From a virus (lineage: Duplodnaviria > Caudoviricetes): a stretch of DNA of 41,644 nucleotides. The DNA lies in IMG/VR virus record IMGVR_UViG_3300032285_002367, positions 1-41,644 of that record; one strand, written 5' to 3'. Both the position numbers and the translations under genes were made by a program. Position 1 is the first letter of the stretch, and each line of letters begins with the position of its first letter. Shown here one piece after another: positions 37,262-41,644 of the stretch. Under the pieces are notes generated by a model. It made no database searches. It saw nothing but the letters and a program-made list of their open reading frames with translations, and was not told where the DNA came from.

Positions 37262-37852
37262 TTACCCTAACGCCTCTAAAGCTTTAGTTGTCTTAGCAAT
37301 ACGGTCGTCTAATCCTAGCGTTCCGCCATTGATTCTCTTCGTAATCATGCCATGTTCTTGGGCATCTGCCAACTCATTTAAGCCGTGTTTAGACCAAAAC
37401 CATCCAGCAGACAACGCCGCATATTGGGGTTCTAACAGTTTTTCTGGAGCACCAAGAAGGTCAAATCCTAAAGAATTACCACAGTTTTTATAGTTATCCT
37501 TACCAGTCAATTGGATTAAACCTCTGCCATGGTACTTCCAACCTTCGCCGTCTTCTGTATTGCCCATTCTTCCGGCATAGACCTTATTGGCTATTTTCTC
37601 TGGATTATTTGCAAACTTGTTGGCGGTATCCATATCTGGAAAACGTGAAGGCCATACACGCATTAGGGCATTTGCTGAGTAATGCAGATTTTCCTCAAGG
37701 GTCTTAAAGTTTCCAGACTCGTGAACACATTGTCCTAAAAACGCCGCCTGACGTTTTGGGTTAGAAATATCGTATTTACTAAAAGTAGCCTGCAATGGCT
37801 CTTCCCACTTAGGGTCAATATCAAGGGCTTGTAGTGCGTTACTCAAACTCAT
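37262..37852 (-). CDS. Glycoside hydrolase family 19 endolysin
   Basis: AAFLGQ..HES, GRGLIQLTG..NY, TKRINGG..GL.DR. Confidence 0.93.
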   Translation of the reverse strand: MSLSNALQALDIDPKWEEPLQATFSKYDISNPKRQAAFLGQCVHESGNFKTLEENLHYSANALMRVWPSRFPDMDTANKFANNPEKIANKVYAGRMGNTEDGEGWKYHGRGLIQLTGKDNYKNCGNSLGFDLLGAPEKLLEPQYAALSAGWFWSKHGLNELADAQEHGMITKRINGGTLGLDDRIAKTTKALEALG

Positions 37853-38343
37853 TTTAAAGGCGTAGAGTTGTGAATCATCTGGTCTTTAGCTTGAGAGCTA
37901 GCAGAACTACCAAAGTAAAAAGCTATGATGCCTGTCCAAGCAGTCCCAAGAGAACCTAACATTAACATTAACGCATCAGAAGTCATAATCTTGCCAGACA
38001 TCAAGCCTGCCAAAATACCAAAAAACCCAATAGTTACCAGAACAGATAAAATAGGGGGGATTAATGATTTAGTTTCTTTTTGTAAGTCACGGGCAGAGGC
38101 ACGGTCTTGCACGGCTAACTGTTCAAAATTAAGCCCTAATTCTTGTGCTTGGCGTTGCAGTTCAATTTCAGCTTGCTTTAAACTAGATATTTGGTCGGCA
38201 GATAACTTACCGCTATCAATTACATCCTGAACCTTATCTTCGTCAATACCTAATGCTTTAGACACTGCAGTAACGGCAAGACCAGCTAAAGGACCACCCA
38301 AACAAGTGGCAATAGTCGGTACTAATTTAGCTAACCAATCCAT
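37849..38343 (-). CDS. Putative holin (3TM, GTA-holin-like)
   Basis: DR.SAR, TM helices, FYFGSS; adjacent to the endolysin. Confidence 0.75.
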   Translation of the reverse strand: MDWLAKLVPTIATCLGGPLAGLAVTAVSKALGIDEDKVQDVIDSGKLSADQISSLKQAEIELQRQAQELGLNFEQLAVQDRASARDLQKETKSLIPPILSVLVTIGFFGILAGLMSGKIMTSDALMLMLGSLGTAWTGIIAFYFGSSASSQAKDQMIHNSTPLK

Positions 38344-38443
38344 ATCAATCCTTTACGCCAAGCAAATTAAAACGTTGCCATAATTAAAATTCCCGCAAAA
38401 AGCCAAATAACCAACAATAATAAAATAGTCCATAGCCATTCCT

Positions 38444-38896
38444 CTACCATTTGTAACCCCAAGTTAAATACCAAGCACATACAGCAGCCAAAGCAAAACA
38501 ATAAAACTGCACACGTCTAACCGCTTTTAAATCATGCTGATATTCTTCATTATCTTTGCGTTGAAGGTTTTCAATATCTAACTTAATTTTCAAAACTGCT
38601 TCCCATTCTTTAGCACCGTGCTTCTTAACAAAATCAATCTTTAGTTTTGCCTCCTCATCGGAGATTTGTTTCTTATGCTGCCAAGATTCTAAAGCCTTGA
38701 TTAATGCTTTTTCTTTCTTAAATTCTGCTTCCCGTCTTGCCCTAATTCGTTCATTGGCTTGTTTCTGAGCTACTTCTGTTGCATCGTGTTGCGCCGCTTC
38801 TATGCTTTTAGACAGACCTTTGGAGGCTTCTCGACTTGCATCAAGACTGCCGCTAAGAGCTTTTACTCCTTCGGATATGCCGTAGGGGTCTGCCAC
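38444..38896 (-). CDS. Coiled-coil protein with C-terminal TM segment
   Basis: ORF track; within the lysis neighbourhood. Confidence 0.65.
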   Translation of the reverse strand: MADPYGISEGVKALSGSLDASREASKGLSKSIEAAQHDATEVAQKQANERIRARREAEFKKEKALIKALESWQHKKQISDEEAKLKIDFVKKHGAKEWEAVLKIKLDIENLQRKDNEEYQHDLKAVRRVQFYCFALAAVCAWYLTWGYKW

Positions 38897-38899
38897 ACG

Positions 38900-39073
38900 T
38901 TATTTTGCCTTTTTAGCAACAGTTGTAGCTTTTTTCAAAGCGGGCTTACGTTTTTTTACGACAGGTTTTGACAAATCGGGAACAGATAAATCTAGGTTCA
39001 CTTTGCCAATCTGCATATCAATCTTAGGCATATAGCCTAGCTTGTCCATAATCCATGTAAATGTGAAGTTCAT
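38900..39073 (-). CDS. Small protein with lysine-rich tail (57 aa)
   Basis: Not in track; MNFTFTWIMDKLGYMPK...KKATTVAKKAK. Confidence 0.6.
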   Translation of the reverse strand: MNFTFTWIMDKLGYMPKIDMQIGKVNLDLSVPDLSKPVVKKRKPALKKATTVAKKAK

Positions 39074-39074
39074 G

Positions 39075-39332
39075 TCAACCTACTAACGCTTTAACTTCGT
39101 CTTGGGTTAAACCAAGTGCGGCTAGTTTAGCTAGTGCAGAAGCCTTTGCAGTTACTTGTGCTTGTTCTTGTGCAACCTTATCTGCTTCATCTTGGTCAAT
39201 TTTTGCGTTTACTGTTGATATGTCATAAGTTACTTCTTTGCCGTCTGCATCAGTAGCTACATCACCAACAATTCTAGTAATTTGTGGATATGAAGCAGTA
39301 AGTGTTTTTATTTGATTTACAGTTAAATTCAT
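39075..39332 (-). CDS. Tail-fibre-associated small protein
   Basis: KASALAKL.ALGLT.DEV C-terminus; follows a fibre-like gene. Confidence 0.65.
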   Translation of the reverse strand: MNLTVNQIKTLTASYPQITRIVGDVATDADGKEVTYDISTVNAKIDQDEADKVAQEQAQVTAKASALAKLAALGLTQDEVKALVG

Positions 39333-39838
39333 GCCGCAATCTCCATAAGGGTAATAAGTGATGTGCTTGAACCGCTTTGAAAAATAACAGTTTCACCACT
39401 TCCACCTTGGTTTAATGCACCTTGCGTTTTGTATGTTGTTGCGGAAGTAGTTGCTGGTGAATCAAGATAACTATATGTAATAATACCTTCAATATCCATT
39501 CTTGCACTAGCACCGGGAAAATAAAAACCAAACACTTCTTTATTGCCATTATTGAAAATAGCAGTTGAATTTCTTACAATTTGAATACCAGCTTGAGCAC
39601 TTGCAACTGTAGTTGTATCGTATACATACATAGCTTGATTAACTGTAACAAGAATTTTGCTGGTTGCAAACTTTGGTGTAATTGAAGCAGTTAAATTAGT
39701 GTCTGCATAAGTGGTTGTTGTATTAGATGTAGTTGTAGTTGTTGTAGCTTGAACCACTTGCAAAACTACTCCAGCACTAGCTTGTGTAGTAGCGTTGTTA
39801 AATGTTAGACCATTAGTCCCATCAATAATCATTGACAT
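39329..39838 (-). CDS. Tail-fibre-like protein
   Basis: G.VLQVV, SITP...SKILV, LDSPATTSA.TYK, ITLMEIAA. Confidence 0.75.
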   Translation of the reverse strand: MSMIIDGTNGLTFNNATTQASAGVVLQVVQATTTTTTSNTTTTYADTNLTASITPKFATSKILVTVNQAMYVYDTTTVASAQAGIQIVRNSTAIFNNGNKEVFGFYFPGASARMDIEGIITYSYLDSPATTSATTYKTQGALNQGGSGETVIFQSGSSTSLITLMEIAA

Positions 39839-40452
39839 TATTCATTCTCCGCTTTTTGTTTAGCCCATTGGACTATTGCCTTTTGGCGTAATTTTTCTCT
39901 AGTTTCCATACTGTGTGTATATCCTTTACGAGATTCAGATAATTTTTGCTTTGTTTCTTCTGATAATTTGCGACCAGTCAATGCTTTAGAAACGGCTGGA
40001 TTTTTGCGACCTTTAAGCGATGCAGATATTTTGGCACGATTTTCAGGACTACGATAAGCACCTTTATTTACCGATTTACCAATCTTTTGTTGGCGAAGAT
40101 GCTCTGTCATTTCAGGGGTATGCTTTTTACCATAGAAAGGATTATCAGAGCCGTTTAAAGCACCATCTGTGCCGTTTTCTAACACAAGGTTAGCCCAAGC
40201 ATCAGAATTAACAATATCGTTCTCTTGGCTGAATTTAAGAGCCGCATCACGACAACGCTGATAATCGGTATAAAAACCCATAACACCAACAGTTACATCT
40301 TTACCATGTTTGTTTAGGTGCTTTTTCCAATATAGACCACTACCCTTGTAATTGTAAACATTACGCAAGTCTGCCGTTTTGCAGAAATACTTTAGCCCTG
40401 TCACATTGTGCGATATTACTAGCAAAGCAGTAGGGCTAAATTGATAGTTCAT
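39838..40452 (-). CDS. Free-standing homing endonuclease (GIY-YIG-like plus NUMOD3 repeats)
   Basis: TGLKYF.KT...Y.GSG.YW; NPFYGKKHTPE, GRKLSEETKQKLS, HSMETREKL. Confidence 0.85.
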   Translation of the reverse strand: MNYQFSPTALLVISHNVTGLKYFCKTADLRNVYNYKGSGLYWKKHLNKHGKDVTVGVMGFYTDYQRCRDAALKFSQENDIVNSDAWANLVLENGTDGALNGSDNPFYGKKHTPEMTEHLRQQKIGKSVNKGAYRSPENRAKISASLKGRKNPAVSKALTGRKLSEETKQKLSESRKGYTHSMETREKLRQKAIVQWAKQKAENE

Positions 40453-40622
40453 TATTCGTCTGCTGGAGTTGGGAAACCACCTTCAGCTACCCATTTTAGG
40501 TAGGCTTGGTAGTCTGTGTTGTCAGCCCATTCGCCAAAAGAAGATTCAGAACCATCTTCATTTGTTTTGACTATGGTTTTTGATTCTTGATTCATAAAAG
40601 TATGCTTTACGAGTTTATACAT
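40452..40622 (-). CDS. Small tail-fibre chaperone-like protein (56 aa)
   Basis: Not in track; NTDYQAYLKWVAEG..P.PAD motif. Confidence 0.7.
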   Translation of the reverse strand: MYKLVKHTFMNQESKTIVKTNEDGSESSFGEWADNTDYQAYLKWVAEGGFPTPADE

Positions 40623-41644
40623 TTATAACTCCGCAGTAAAAAGTAAATATGCAGTATTGTTGTTATTGGAAGCTAAAGTTGTGCAACCACCGCTTACTAA
40701 TCCTGATGCAACCGATACAGAAATAGCATGAGTTTGATTTGTGCAAGCATTACTTTGAGTAGAAATTGCCGTTACTGCAATTCCTGAACCATTTGATGAA
40801 AGCATATAATTGCTTGCAGTTCCAGTAGTTGTCAAACTGGCATTAGTTCGCATTGTTGTCGGAAACATAATTGGAGTATTGTTTCCAGTAGTTCCACTAT
40901 TTTCACCAGTAGCCCAACGAATATAAGAACCACTACCGCCTACTGAAGTAAGTAAAAAGCAATATCTTTGGCATAACTGCAATTCAGTAGTGTATTGACG
41001 ATACTCATATCCAGTAGCACTACTTCCTACTTCTAGTTGAACACCAGTAATGTAGAAAGTTGCTCCGTTTGTGCTTACTACGGAAACTGCACCTGTGGCT
41101 GAATAATAGTTTGCTCCAGCCCAAGCACCAGCAGTTCCGCTTACTGTTGAACTAACACCAAGTCCAAATACAACACGAATACCAATGCCATTAGTAGCAC
41201 CAATCCAAGTGCCTGATGTATCGCCAGCAATAGTTACGCTTGCTTGTGTCCAAGTATTTGCAGTAGAAATTGTGTAAGTAAATGGATAACTTCTATCTTG
41301 TGCAGAATTTTTAACTGCACCACCAAAAGTACCTGTCAATGAAGAATAAACTTGAAAAGATAAAGTAACTGTTTTAGCGTTGGCAGTTCCCCATCCTAAA
41401 TCTGATGTATTAAATCCTTCAATGTTTTGACGAAAACCAAAAGTTTCACCTGAGCCAACTGTGTATGCAGATAACGATGTAAACAATAGGCTATTTGAAA
41501 ATCCAGTTGGTGCAGTAGAAGATTGTTGTACAGAATACTTGCTTGAAGCATCTGATAATTCTTGCCATCTATCGCATGAAAAATATCCACCAGCCGTTAC
41601 AGTTGTGCTTGCTCCAGCCGACCTTTGGTCAATAACCATCGCAC
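40623..41644 (-). CDS. Tail fibre / receptor-binding protein with carbohydrate-binding-like domain (5' truncated)
   Basis: M.IDQR, DRW, Q.IEG, ITGVQLEVGS.AT..E.R....EL.LCQRY; open to the window end. Confidence 0.8.
   Translation of the reverse strand, partial: AMVIDQRSAGASTTVTAGGYFSCDRWQELSDASSKYSVQQSSTAPTGFSNSLLFTSLSAYTVGSGETFGFRQNIEGFNTSDLGWGTANAKTVTLSFQVYSSLTGTFGGAVKNSAQDRSYPFTYTISTANTWTQASVTIAGDTSGTWIGATNGIGIRVVFGLGVSSTVSGTAGAWAGANYYSATGAVSVVSTNGATFYITGVQLEVGSSATGYEYRQYTTELQLCQRYCFLLTSVGGSGSYIRWATGENSGTTGNNTPIMFPTTMRTNASLTTTGTASNYMLSSNGSGIAVTAISTQSNACTNQTHAISVSVASGLVSGGCTTLASNNNNTAYLLFTAEL

Noticed and set aside
164-41590. Many antisense or nested ORFs in the track (e.g. 164-514, 11949-12377, 22752-23210, 24667-25041)
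   Set aside because: Shadows of well-supported genes, with no RBS or recognisable motifs.
39329-41644. Diversity-generating retroelement or invertible tail-fibre cassette
   Set aside because: No reverse transcriptase, invertase, template/variable repeat pair or inverted recombination sites seen in the window.

Overview
A partial genome of a tailed dsDNA phage. The architecture is podovirus-like (internal/ejection proteins plus a P22 gp10/tail-tubular-like protein), and the gene content and regulatory motifs suggest a freshwater betaproteobacterial host such as Polynucleobacter (inference). Layout: leftward packaging genes (portal N-terminus, terL, LexA-like wHTH, probable terS; 1-2697); a rightward array of about 35 tiny early genes (2987-10436) starting with an ArdC-N-like protein; a leftward primase/SF2-helicase operon (10405-14059); a 1.2 kb mostly non-coding control region (14060-15260); rusA; a rightward recombination/middle operon (15692-22194); and a leftward late block with SprT-like protease, HNH, phosphoesterase, a 2116-aa polyvalent protein, ejection proteins, lysis genes and tail fibres (22237-41644). 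I saw no capsid, integrase, polymerase, tRNA or CRISPR array. The most unusual signals are non-coding: a c4/P4-CI-like antisense switch followed by a ~300-nt nested structured RNA ahead of the replication genes; an array of paired, mutually unrelated operator-like palindromes; candidate host-regulator boxes (LexA, FNR, PhaR-like and a recurrent TAGGG..CCCTA palindrome) at phage promoters; a strand-polar CCGGCAGC motif confined to the left region; and an unannotated orphan DinJ/RelB-like DNA-binding protein. All family calls come from motif recognition by eye, not database searches.
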